Assembly (NCBI RefSeq): GCF_009914755.1
Contig: NC_060927.1
Direction: 5' to 3' (one strand)
DNA: 64,000 nucleotides
Source of the DNA: the human T2T-CHM13v2.0 reference genome, Homo sapiens
A program made the translations under genes and the position numbers. Under the pieces are notes generated by a model. That model made no database searches. It saw nothing but the letters and a program-made list of their open reading frames with translations, and had not been told where the DNA came from. This document shows, piece after piece, positions 41,298-53,715 of this stretch (position 1 is the stretch's first letter; each line of letters starts with the position of its first letter).

Positions 41298-44200
41298 GCC
41301 ACAAAAGAGCAAATCTAAGAGTTATTGGCCTTAAAGAGGAGGTAGAGAGAAAGAGATAAGGCTGGAAAGTTTATTCAAAGAGATAATAACAGAACTTCCT
41401 AAACCTAGAGAAAGATATCAATATTCAAGTTCAAGAAGCTTATAGAACCCCAAGCAGATTTAACTCAAAGAAGACTATCTCATGACATTTAATAATCAAA
41501 CTTCCAAAGGTCAAGGATAAAGAAAGAATCCTAAAAGCAGCAGGAGAAAAGAAACAACATAAAACCGAGTTCCAATATTCCTGGCACAGACTTTTTTGTG
41601 AAAATCTTACAGGAAAGGAGAGAGTGGCATCACATATTTAAAGTGTTGGAGGAAAAAGAACTTTTATCCGACAATAGTATATCCAGTGTAAATACCCTTC
41701 AAACATGAAGGATAAATACTTTCCCACACAAACAAAAGCTGAAGGATTTCATCAATACCAGTCCTACAAGAAATGCTAAATGGAGTTCTTCAATATGAAA
41801 GAAAAGGATGTTAATGAGCAATAAGAAATCATCTGAAGGTTAAAAATTTACTGGTAATAGTAAGCACACAGAAAAACACAGACTATTCTAACCTATAATT
41901 ATGTTATATAAACTACTTATCTCTTAAGTAGAAAGACAAAAAGATGAACTAATCAAAACTAATAACTACAACAACTTCTCAAGACATAGACAGTACAAAA
42001 AGACATAAATAGAAACAACAAAAAGTTAAAATGCAGGGAGAGTATGTTAAAGTGTCGATTTTCTACTAGTTTTCCTTTTGCTTGTTAGTTGTTTGTTTAT
42101 GCAATCAGTATTAAGTTGTTATCAGTTTGAAATAATGGGCTATAAGATATTATCTGCAATACTTATGGTAACTTCAAATCTAAAAACATACAATGGATAC
42201 AGAAAAACCAAAAAGCAAAAAATTAAAACATATCACCAGAAAAAAATTACATTCTCTAAAAGGAAGACAGGAAGGAAGGAAAGAAGGAAAGGAAAACCAC
42301 AAAACAATCAAAAAACAAATAATAAAATGGCAGGAGTAAGGGATGAGTCCTTACCTATCAACAATAACATTAAACGTAGGTGGACTAAATTCTTCAATTG
42401 AAAGACATAGAGTGGATGAATAGGGGAAAAAAAACAAGACCCAATGATCTGTTGCCCGCAAGAAAAACACTTCACCTATAAAGACACATATGGACTGAAA
42501 ATAAAGACATGGTAAAAGATATTCCATGCAAATGGGAAACCAAAAAAGAGCAGGAGTAGCTATACTTATAACAGAAAAAAATAAATTTCAAGACAAAAGA
42601 ATAGAAAAAGCCAAGGAAGGTTATTATATAATGATAAAGGATTCAATTCAGAAAAAGGAAAGCAATTTTAAATATATATACACCCAACACTGGGGCATAG
42701 AGATATATAAAGGAAATACTAAAGAGCTAAAGAGAGAGACAGACCCCAATAAAATAATAATGAGACTTCCACACCCCACTTTCAGCATTTGACAGAGCTG
42801 ACAGAAAATCAACAAAGAAACATTGGACTTACTCTGCACTATAGACCAAATGAACCTAATAGATATAATTCATCCAATGGCTGCAGAATACACAGTATTC
42901 TTCTCCTCAGCACATGGCTCATTCTCAAAGAAAGACTATATGTTAGACAACAAAACAAGTCTTAAAACATTCCAAAAAAATTAATAATATTAAGTGTCTT
43001 CTCTGACCACAATAGAATAAAAGCAGGAATCAATAACAGGAGAAATTTTGTTAAGTATACAAACATATGGAATTTAAACTACATGCTTCAGAATGACCAC
43101 TGGGTCAATGAAGAAGTTATAAGGAAACTGTAAAATTTCTTGAGACAAATGATTAGAGAAACATGACATACCAAAACCTATGAGATGCAGTAAAAGCCAT
43201 ACTAAGAGGAAAGTATAGAGCTATAAGCACCTGCATCAAAAAAGAAGAAAAACATCAAATAAATAATTTAATGATGCATCTTAAAGAACTAGAAAGGCCA
43301 GAATAAGCCAAACTCAAAATTAGTAGAAGAAAAGTAATAATAAAGAGCAGAGCAGAAATAAATGATATTGAAATGAAGAAAGCAACACAAAAGACCAATA
43401 AAATGAAAAGTTCTTTTTTTAAAAGCCTAGCAAGATGGACAAACCTTTAGCCAACTAAGAAAAAAGAGATAAGACTATAATAAATAAATTTAGAGATTAA
43501 AATGGAGACATGACAATAGATACTGCAAAAGTTCAAAGGATCATGAGAAGCCACTAGGAGCAACTATATGTCAAACATTGGAAAACTTGGGAGAAATGAA
43601 TAAATTCCTGGACACATATAACCTACGAAGATGGAACCATGAAGAAATCCAAAACCTGAATAGAGAAATAACAAGTAATGAGATCAAAGCCATAATAAAA
43701 ATTCTCCCAGCAAAGAAGAGCCCAGGACCCTATGACTTTATTGCGGAGTTTCACTAAACATTTAAAGAAGAACTATTACCAATCCTATGCAGGATATTCT
43801 GAAAAAATAGAGGAAGAGGGAGTACTTCCTAACTCATTCTGTGAGGCAAGTATTACCATGACATCAAAACCAGACAAAGACACATTAAAAAAAAAAAAAA
43901 CTACAGGTTTTTATCCTTCATTAACATTGATGCAAAAATCCTCCACAAAATACTAGCAAACTAAATTCAGCAACAAATTAAAAAGATCATTCATCATGAC
44001 CAAGTGGGATTTATCTGAAGGATGAAAGGATGGTTCAACATACACAAATTAATCAATGTGATACATTATATCAACAAAGGACCAAAATTATATGACAACT
44101 TCAATTGATGTGGAAAAACATTTGAAAAAATTCAACATCCCTTCATGATAAAAGCCCTTAAAAAACTAGGTATAGAAGAAATGTGCTTCAACATAATAAG

Positions 44201-47200
44201 CCACATATGATAGACCCACAGCTACTGTCATACTAGTAAAAACTGAAAACCTTTTTCAGGAAAAAGGTTTTTCAGTTTTCCATACAGGAAAAACTGAAAA
44301 CCTTTCCTCTAAAGGAAACCAAGATGAACACTTTTATCATTGTTATTCAACATAGTACTGGAAGTCATAGCTGGAGCAATCAGACAAAAGAAAAACATAA
44401 AGGTATCCAAATTGGAAAGGAAGAAATCAAATTATCCTTGTTTACATGTTATATAATCTTTTATCTGAAAAAACCTAAAGACTCCACCAAAAAACTATTA
44501 GTACTAATAAACAAATTCAATAAAGTTGCAAGATACAAAATCAACCTACACAAATCAGTAGCACTTCTATATGCCAATAGTGAATAATCTGAAAAAGAAA
44601 TTAAAACATAATCCCACTTACGATAGCAACAAATAAGATAAAATACCTAGGAATAAACTTAACCAAAGAAATGAAAGATCTCTCTAATGGACACTATAAA
44701 ATATTATGCAAGAAACTGAAGAAGGCAATCATAAGTTAAAAAATATTTTATATTAATGGATTCCATATTTATGGATTGGAAGAATCCATAAAATGTCCAT
44801 ACTATCCAAAGCAATCTACAGAGTCAATGCAATTCTTATCAAAATACCAATGACATTCTTCACAGAAATACAAAAAATAATCCTAAAGCTTATATGGAAC
44901 CACAAAAGACCCAGAATAGCAAAAGCTATCCAGAGTGAAAAGAACAAAACTGGAGGAATCACATTACCTGACTTCAAATTATACTATAGAGCTATAGTAA
45001 CAAAAACAACATGGTACTGGCATTAAAAACAGACACATTGAGAAAAGAAACAGAATAGAGTGCCCAGAGACAAATCCATACATCTACAGTGAACTCATTT
45101 TTGACAAAGGAACCAAGGACATACAATAGGGAAAGGACAGTTTCTTAAATAAAATGGTCCTGGGAAAACTGGATATCCATAAGCAGAAGAATGAAACTAG
45201 ACCCCTGTCTCTTGTCATATACAAATATCTAATCAAAATGTATTAAAGACTGAAATCTAAGGCCTCAAACCATGAAACTACTACAAGAAAACATTAGGGA
45301 AACACTTCAGGTCATTGAACTGGGCAAAGATTACTTGAGTAAAATCTCACAGGCACAGGCAACCAAAGCAAAAATGGACAAATAGGATCACGCCAAGTTA
45401 AAAACTTCCTGTACAGCAAAAGAAGCAATCAATAAGGAATGGGAGCATTAAAGCAACCCATGGAATGGGAGAAAATATTTGCAAACTACTAATCTGATGA
45501 CGGATTAATAACCAGAATATATAAGGAGCTCAAACAACTCTATAGGAAAAAAACCTAATAATCCAATTTAAAAATGGGCAAAAGAGCTGACTAGACATTT
45601 CTCAAAAGAAGACATATAAACAGCAAACAGGTATATGAAAAGGTGCATGATATCACTGATCCTTAGAGAAATGTAAATCAAAACTACAATGAGAGATCAT
45701 CTCACCCCAGTTAAAATGACTTTTATTCAAAAGACAGGCAATAATAAATGCTGGTGAGGATGTGCAGAAAAGGGAACCCTTGTATACTGTTGGTGGAAAT
45801 ATAAATTAGTACAACCACTATGGAGAATGCTAGGGAGGTTGCTCAAAACTAAAAATAGAGCTACCATATCTATTGCTGGGTCTATACCCAAAAGAAAGGA
45901 AATCAGTATAGGGGAGAGATACGTGCACTCTCATGTTTCTTGCAGCACTGTTCACAATACTTGCATTTGGAAGCAACCCAAGTGTCCATGAACAGATGAA
46001 TCTTTTTTTTTTTAATAAATGGGATACGTGTACACAATGGAGTGTCATTCAGCCATAAAAAAGAATAAGATCCTGTCATTTGCAACAATATGTATGGAAC
46101 AGGAGGTCGTTATGTTATGTGACATATACAAGCCAGGCACAGAAAGACAAACTTTGAGTGTTTCCACTTATTTGTGGGAACGAACAATTAAAAAAATGAA
46201 CTCATCGAGATAGAGTAGAATGATGGTTACCAGAAGCTGGAAAGGGTAATGGGCAGGTGGGGAGGAGAAGTGGGGGTGGTTAATGTACACAAAGATATAG
46301 TTAGAATGAATAAGATCTGTTATTTGATAACACAACAAGGTGACTATCTTAAATAATAAATTAATTGTACATGTTCAAATACCTAAAATAGTATAATTGA
46401 ATTGTTTGTAACATAAAGGATAAATGCATGAGGTGAGGAATACCTCATTTACCCTGATGTGATTAAAATACATTGTATGCCTCTTTCAAAATATCCCATA
46501 TACTCCATAAATATATACACCTACTATACACCTACAAAAACTAAAATATAAAAAATTAGGCAGTTAACAGAGGGTCAAAATCAAACGTATTCAAAACAAA
46601 CTTCCAATAATCTCTTTTGCTTATTTCTAAATTTTGGATATTTTTCTGACATCTGTTGGCTCCATGAAGAATTTGAATTTGTTACCATGTAACTGAGCCT
46701 ATATTATAAAAATCATAAAATGTTTGTTTGTTCTATTTTCTTTTTCTCTTTGTCCTTTTCTTCCATGTAAAACTGCTTGAATGCACATAGTAATTTTGGT
46801 AGAGGTTGGTTACTGATAATTGGTTAACTTTATAGCTTAACCCTGAGATGTTGTCTGTAAGATTAACGAACTTGGGTTGTTTTGTTGTTTAATATGTTAA
46901 AAAAAAAAAAAGAACAATGATCTTTAAATCATGCAGACCTCCTTGACGGCTGAGGCATACAAGTAGCTTTGATTATCAGGGGATATTGCCTCGCCCATTT
47001 TCTACTTTACTCATTAAAGCCTCCAGTACGTGAACATAAATTTTGGGGTTCTACAACAGCTAATGTCCAGAGGCTGCAAGTCATTGCTAATATTGGAGAT
47101 ATATGGTAGTACATGATGTTAAAGAAAAAATTCTTTTTTCTTTTCTTTGTGAAATCCTGGTAGACGTTAAGAGTAAACAGTTATAATAACATATTTAGGG

Positions 47201-47420
47201 AGTTTCTTAGGGATAGGTATATTTTCATAGTCATTGCCACGTGAAGAGCTATTGCCCATGGTATAGCACCAAAGACCTGAACTCAGAAGAAATGGGACAG
47301 TGACCTAGCTTAGAGGACAATGAAGAATGACAAAGTCAGTCTTAACTTCAAATTTTAACTAAGAACTTTTTTTTCCATGACAAATTTAAACATCAAACTG
47401 GAGAATCATAAGACCTCTGG

Positions 47421-47775
47421 AGCAGAGTTTTCAAATTATGTGGGATGAGGGACATAATATTTAAATAAATTTTATTTACATGTATTTTCTAGAGTGTGTG
47501 TTCTACTGGTCCATACGTGTCCTCATGTGCATGACTAGTATAACTATACTGGTGGTGCAATATGAAACTCACCAGATGAGTTTGCCAGCACCCAAACTAT
47601 TCTATACCCTGCTTAACTAGATAAGTGCAATGATAATGTAGTTGGATGTCATTGCAATTTAAAAGATTGTTGTAAGCTTTTCAATGCATATTATCAGTTT
47701 CTTTATATACCTTGTCATGGCCTAGTGATAAACAGATCTGGCACCAGCCTGCAGACTGCATTTTATGTACTGCTC
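47421..47775. mobile_element. Probable hAT-Charlie fossil
   Basis: cagagttttcaaa... and ...gactgcattttatgtactgct resemble Charlie termini; degenerate. Confidence 0.4.
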
Positions 47776-48043
47776 TACCTTAGGACAATAACATGAAACC
47801 GCTCTGACATCTCCAGATTTTTTCTTCTTCTCATGCTTAATTACTTTATTTGACAATTTTTAAAAATGTTGACTGTCATCTCAAGAACTTTGTTGCCTCT
47901 GTTTTTATAATGTAGTCATCAATGTAGCCAATACATGAAGCTTATCCAAGAAAACAAAAACATGAGAATAAGTTTTCTCAAAAAGTGGCTAATTTATATT
48001 AGCTTTTTAATCAATTGAATACAAATTAGGAATTTCTAAATTA

Positions 48044-48346
48044 CAGATGGTCCCTGGCTGATAATTTCTGACTTTACATTACTTTAAGCATTCATACAAC
48101 CATTCTTTTTTTCACTCTCAGTAGAGTATTTAAGAAATTGCATAAGATACTCTACAGTTTACTGTAAAGTAGGCTCTGTGTTAGATGATTTTCTCCAACT
48201 ATAGGCTAACGTAAGTGTTCTGAGCATACTTAAGGTAAGCTAGACTAAGCTAAGCTATTATGGTAGGGTAGATGTATTAAATGCATTTTTGACTTATGAA
48301 ATTTTCAATTTATGATGGATTTATTCTGACACAACCCCATCATAAC
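48044..48346 (-). mobile_element. MER47A (TcMar-Tigger)
   Basis: gtaagtgttctgagca...taaggtaagctagactaagct...gtattaaatgcatttttgactta...aaccccatcataa. Confidence 0.85.
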
Positions 48347-48368
48347 ACTTGTCAGTTAGTTATTAGGC

Positions 48369-48465
48369 ATTTATATATTTATTTATTTATTTTAAGACTA
48401 GCCAAATGCAGTAGTGAGAAGGGGGAAAAAGAGTAGAACAAGGAGTTCAATCAGTAACTGACTGT
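48369..48465 (-). pseudogene. RNY1P: 5'-truncated Y1 RNA retropseudogene with degenerate poly(A)
   Basis: Minus strand 48465-48394 reads acagtcagttactgattgaactccttgttctactctttttcccccttctcactactgcatttggctagtctt, matching hY1 from about nt 41 to the end; A-rich tail; TSD tagttatt(a/t)ggc. Confidence 0.92.
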
Positions 48466-49279
48466 AGTTATTTGGCCTTTTTAACATTAAATAATCATCA
48501 AGAGAACATATTGACCTATGGCTTATAATAAGGAAAAAACTATTTAAAGTACAAAAGACCAGCACTTCATGCCCCTAGAAGGTTAATAAAAGTGCAAATT
48601 GCTTTAAATTCAAGCACTAGCATTTGCTAATCTGGAACATTTTAATTATCCTCCTCTAAAAGCATTGACTTCTTATCATTAACCACAAAACAAGGTAAGC
48701 CCTTTGGTTCCTTGATTTCAATTTTTGGAACCTCAATAATTATGCTTAGTTTCACCTTTTTGCCGAATCAAAACATAAGATGGCAGAAAAGGACTGAAAT
48801 CGGTCCAAATAGTACTTGAAATATGTTCATCAGTAAATATATTTTTAAAAATCCTAGAGGAGCTTTGATTTTGCAGAATGTGGATGGGAGAGGACAAGTT
48901 ATAAGTGATAAACATAGTAAATAAGTGATACGGTATGTTGAAAGGTAATAATTGTTAAAGAAAGAAGAAAACAAATAGAGAAAGTTTTGAGGATTGAGTT
49001 TGTGGGGGTTGAGAGTGTGAGTTGTGGGAAAGGAGGAAGGTTATGTTGTGATATTAATAAGCATGATCAGTTTCTGCCCTTTTGAAAAGATACAGTCTGA
49101 GCAAAGACTAGAGGAAAGTGGTATGTCTGGGGGAACAGCATTTCACACAGGAGGAATAGCTGATGCAAAGACCTCAAGGCAGAATTTGTGCCTGATGCAT
49201 TCAAGGAGCAGCCAACAGGACGGAGAATAGTACGAAGGGAACTCAGAGAGGAATTGTGTACATGTGGATGAGTAGGGGC

Positions 49280-50137
49280 CTACGGAACATCTTTTCTGTC
49301 TTTTATCTCTCCTTTGCTCTGGCCATCACTGCTTCACCTCGACAGGTAGGACCCAGTAGGTATCACTGCACATCTGGGGCTCGCAGGGCTTGCTCCTAAG
49401 TAAATGTGGAAGTGTGCAGTTAACATCCCCTGGAAAAGCCCAAAACCAGTGGGAGATGACTGCTGGTGAATAAGAATTCCCCAATCATATCGTTAAACTA
49501 AAATGAAGAATGAGCCTGAAGAATTCCTCAGCAGACAAAGCTAGTTAGGCCTCATAAATAACCTTAACCTTGCTTGATTTGCAAACATAAGTGAAACTTA
49601 ATTGGGGCCATTTTTTGTAAATGTCTACATGAAAGAAAAATAGCATTTAGGCTTAACTGGTCAGAAGCAGGGACAGACCTTGTAATTTTATAACTAGGGA
49701 CTTTCCAGTGGGATAGATCAAATAGGCAACAATGTAACTGTAACCAATCAAATATTTTCTTTGCTTTACTTCTGTATTTGCCCCATAAAAGCCTCCCCCT
49801 TGCATTTCCTTGGTGGAGCTTCTGAACCACTCTGGTTTGGAGATTACTGATTCATGAGTCACTGTTTACTCAAACTCTTTAAAATTGTATTGCGTCTCAG
49901 TCTGCTTTTGAACAATGTATAGGCACAATATTCATGACCTCAGAAGGACCTGGCAGGATTGAGTTGCCCAGAGATAACCATCTCAATGACACATCCGTGG
50001 GCATACTTTTCTCCTTCCTCTTGTTCCCTTTCTCTGAGTCTTGAAAGTCACTTTCAAAATAATAAGTTTCTTGCTTGTAAATGCTTGTCTGAGGCTTTGT
50101 TTTTTGGGACGATAGAAGGAAAGACAAAGCTAGGAGA
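49280..50137 (+). mobile_element. LTR33/LTR16-like ERVL LTR (split by an ERV1 LTR) within L2 remnants
   Basis: gcagttaacatcccctgg...aaccagtggga; 3' part cttgtctgaggctttgttttttggg...aagaca. Confidence 0.55.
49491..49914 (+). mobile_element. MER57/MER93-like ERV1 solo LTR
   Basis: agcctgaagaattcctcagcagacaaag...aaccttgcttgatttgcaaacataag...tgtaactgtaaccaatcaaata...aaca; TSD atat/atgt. Confidence 0.75.
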
Positions 50138-51574
50138 CTAGAGCATGAAGGATCATGTAGGTCACTTAAGACTTCGTAAAAACTTTAGCTTTCTTTGAGT
50201 TCAGGGTTTTGGACCAGGAAGCGAGATGAGCTGACTCAAAAGGAAGAAACTGAGGAAACAGAGAAAGAATACTCTTTATCAATCAAAAGAATGACTCTAG
50301 GTTCCAGTAGGCAACTAGCTGTTTGTCTCCCCAGGCAAAAATACAAACTCACAATCTTTAGTCTGGATAATCTCAAGAGAGTTTAAAACCAGGTTAAATA
50401 GCCATGCTTAAAGTCTCTTTTTTTCCTGTGGAAAATAAGAAGGAATGGCCTTTCCTTAAGATTGGTACTAGCCTTACATTCTGAGCCTAGTGGAAAAGTT
50501 CTAAGTAGGCCTCTGGGATTTTTGTGAAAGTAGATGAGGAATTAAGCTGATTCTAAAAGAGAATACAGTACTTAATTTTTATTCTCTCAACTCCTCGATG
50601 TTACCACTGTGGAAGGACAGAAAGCATTTTAAAACATAGAGAATGCAATTAACACAATAAAAATATGTTAATACCAAAAAGTTTGCTTTATATTTGATGT
50701 GTCTATGAATGAATTTTAAAGAATGATTGTTACCCAAGGCTTAATGCTTTAAGAATCTGTTGATGAAACCACAAAATAATCTGAATAGACTTTTTTTATA
50801 GACCTACAGGAACTCTTGATGTTTATTATATTACCCTTCAAATTATATATTCATTTATTCTAATACAACATAGTTTTTTCTTCAGTATTAGTGCTAAAAG
50901 ATGTTTTTGTTGTTGTTGCCTACAGTTCTTGTAGTATGAGGGATGTTGGTTTCTGACAAATCAAACAGAAATGATGTTTTTGAACCAAAACCAGAATTTA
51001 TATGACAAAATTTTAGCTTTCTAGAAGCAGAATTCTCTTTTAATTTATGGGTTTAGTGGCCCTTATAGATACAAACCTTTGTACATATTTTTGAGATTTA
51101 GGAGGCTTTCTATAATTACATTGAGAAATCAAAATAAACTTTGACTATGTTCCTAGATTGGATTTCAACTTTACCCTAATATAATAATAGTTTAATACAA
51201 TTCCAAGCAAATTCCAAGCTTATTTTGTAAAATAAAAATTCTTAGCATGTATAGCTAAGTATACTTATATATCTTAGCATATATAACTAAGATAATTGGA
51301 GAAATGAAATGATCTAGAGGAGAATTTGCCTAGCTAGATAATATAAAATATTATGAAAGTACATTTATTAAAGAAATAAAATAGTCAACAGACATAAGAA
51401 ATCAATAATGAAACCAACAGTTAACTCAGAAATAAAACCTAGGTTTTAGTATCTACATAATTTAGTAGTTTATGAATATGTAATTACAAATCATTAGGGA
51501 CCAGAGGAGTGGTCAATAAATGATCCTGAGACAATTGATTAGTTTTTTGAAACAAACCTATAATATGTGCTCCT

Positions 51575-52167
51575 TGTGGAAGCAGAATTCTAAAATGGCA
51601 CTCAGGATGCTCCATCCTAATCCCTGGAAACTGAATATGGTAAAGTATCCGTCCCATAATTATGCTATGTTATTGGCTAAGTTGACCTTAAAATAGTGAG
51701 AAATCTGGAGGTGAAACTAATTTAATTCATTAGGCTTTTTAAAGCAGAGTTTTCTACTTTCTACTATAGCAGAAGAGAAAGTTGGAGAGGTTGGAAGAAC
51801 GAGAGAGAGTCAATACCCCCTCTCTGGCTTGGACTATGGAATAGGCCAAGGAAGAAGAAATGGAGGTGGCCTTAAGGAGTTCAAAGAGATCTTCTGCTGA
51901 CAAGCACCAAGGAAATGGGAAACACAGTGCCACAACTTCATGAAACTCAATTGCACCAACAACATAAACAAGCACAGAACTTGATTTTTTTTTTCTGAAC
52001 TTCCAGATAAGAACCCAGTCCAGTCAATACCTGGATTTCTGTAAGACCCTAAACTGACAACCCAGTTTAGTTCGCCTGGGCTTCTAACCTACAGAACTAT
52101 GAGCTAATAAATTCATGTTGCTTTAAGCCACCATATATGTGATAATATTCAGCAATAGAAAAACTAC
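51575..52167 (+). mobile_element. MLT1E-like MaLR LTR
   Basis: tgtggaagcagaattctaaaatggc...cctacagaactatgagctaataaat...tttaagccac...cagcaatagaaaa. Confidence 0.8.
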
Positions 52168-53715
52168 CTGATCTAAGCTCCACATGACTCAAGAGTAATT
52201 GTCCTTCTAGCCCAACGTCTGTGGGTAGATTCAGAAAGAATCTTGAAGGAAAGGTGGCACAGCAGTTTCCTGAGGGGAAGCGAGCAGGTGGCTGAGTGCC
52301 CAGAGCTCCACATGTGGCCACAGGACCATGGAGAGGGGACACAACCAAAATAAGCTGAATTTGGAAGTGAATCCTAGTGTCATCTCTGTCATCTCTAATG
52401 TGAGGCAAATGTAGAGGGAAGTCTACTTCCTTCTGTACTGCTTCTGATGCAAAATAAAAAAATGACATATGTTCTCAGGAATGAGGATGGAATTAAAAAG
52501 GAAAAGTCATTTGATTTGTTTTCTAATAATTCAGGTGCAAGCATAATAGAATTTGGAGAATTTTTTGTCATTATGACTGCTGATAAAAGTGATGCTATAA
52601 ATAACAACTTCTTACAAATGGGTAACACCCCATACTTCTAAAGGAGTATTCACTTATTTGCCTTAATTTAATACTCTTATTGATAATGCAAGCTAGGCAG
52701 GGCATGACCAGTATTTTTATATTTATTTTATTGAACAAAGAGCCAGTAAAATGTCTACCTTTTATAAAGGGTTAATATAAACAATTGAGAAAACTGTTAG
52801 AAATATTAAATTTATAGATGGGCAAAAATAGCTGCATTTCCTTTTGGTAATATTAACTCACAATTTTTTTTCCACTTTGAATAAAGTAGTGGTAAATGAG
52901 AAAAATGATGACATTTCAGTTCACAAAAATTTAATTATGTATCTGAGCCATTAATCTGAAGATAATCACTGAAGGTAATCTTCATTATGAAAATTCTTGT
53001 CAGTAATGAAAAAAAAAAAGAAAAGAAAACTACGTGGCCTAAAACATGTTTTTAATGATAAGAAAAGAAAATGTATGTCTTACAGTAAAGTGGAAATTAA
53101 AGGGTCCAAATCATACCTACCACATATATTCATAAAAATCATCCTGCAAAAAAAATCAAAGTAAATTTACAAAAATATAAACAGTGATTTATATAGTAAG
53201 GCAATGGGAGTAGTGATTGAATGAGTAAGTCAAATGCCCCTCCCATGTCCTCCTCTTTGAAAACCTCTCATTACCAGCAGCTGCTATTGAAGATGCAGGC
53301 CTAAGCTGTATCTGCCAGTAGGCATCTGACCCAAGATAAGCCAATCAAATCCTGTGTCCTTGTAATTTGAAACTGGAATTCATGGTAAAACTAAGGCTGG
53401 GTCAGTCATTTTCTACTTACCTATATTTGCATGTATACTAAAGCAGCAAGAACAAATTTACAGAGAAAGGAAATAAAACTAACAAATAAAAAAGGGAAAA
53501 CAAGATTCCTGTAGCTTCTGACTCTTCCCTTGTATATTTCCTCTGCCGTGCATTTCATCAAACTCCCTGCATCTGTTCAATCAGTGCCCTTTCCGGCTTT
53601 AGCTTGTTTGAGTAGGTTTATATTTCTTACAACAAAAACATCCACAAAAATAATGGATAATTTGAATGTTCTTTAAGTATCTTTTATTTATTTAAAAATC
53701 TATATTAAAAATTTA

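Larger units (their letters stand above)
37050..46551 (+). mobile_element. Full-length L1MA2-like LINE-1 (decayed ORF1 from ~39086; ORF2 from ~42327), interrupted by the KRT8 retrocopy
   Basis: 5' end gaggcagagcaagatggctgaatag; ~2-kb 5'UTR; ORF1/ORF2 peptide remnants ([39 protein letters not shown]); L1MA-type 3' end; TSD aaaa(t)taggcagtta (37036-37049 / 46552-46566). Confidence 0.93.

Noticed and set aside
46790-47040. Possible old ERVL LTR fragment
   Set aside because: Looks LTR-like, but I could not confidently place the family or boundaries.
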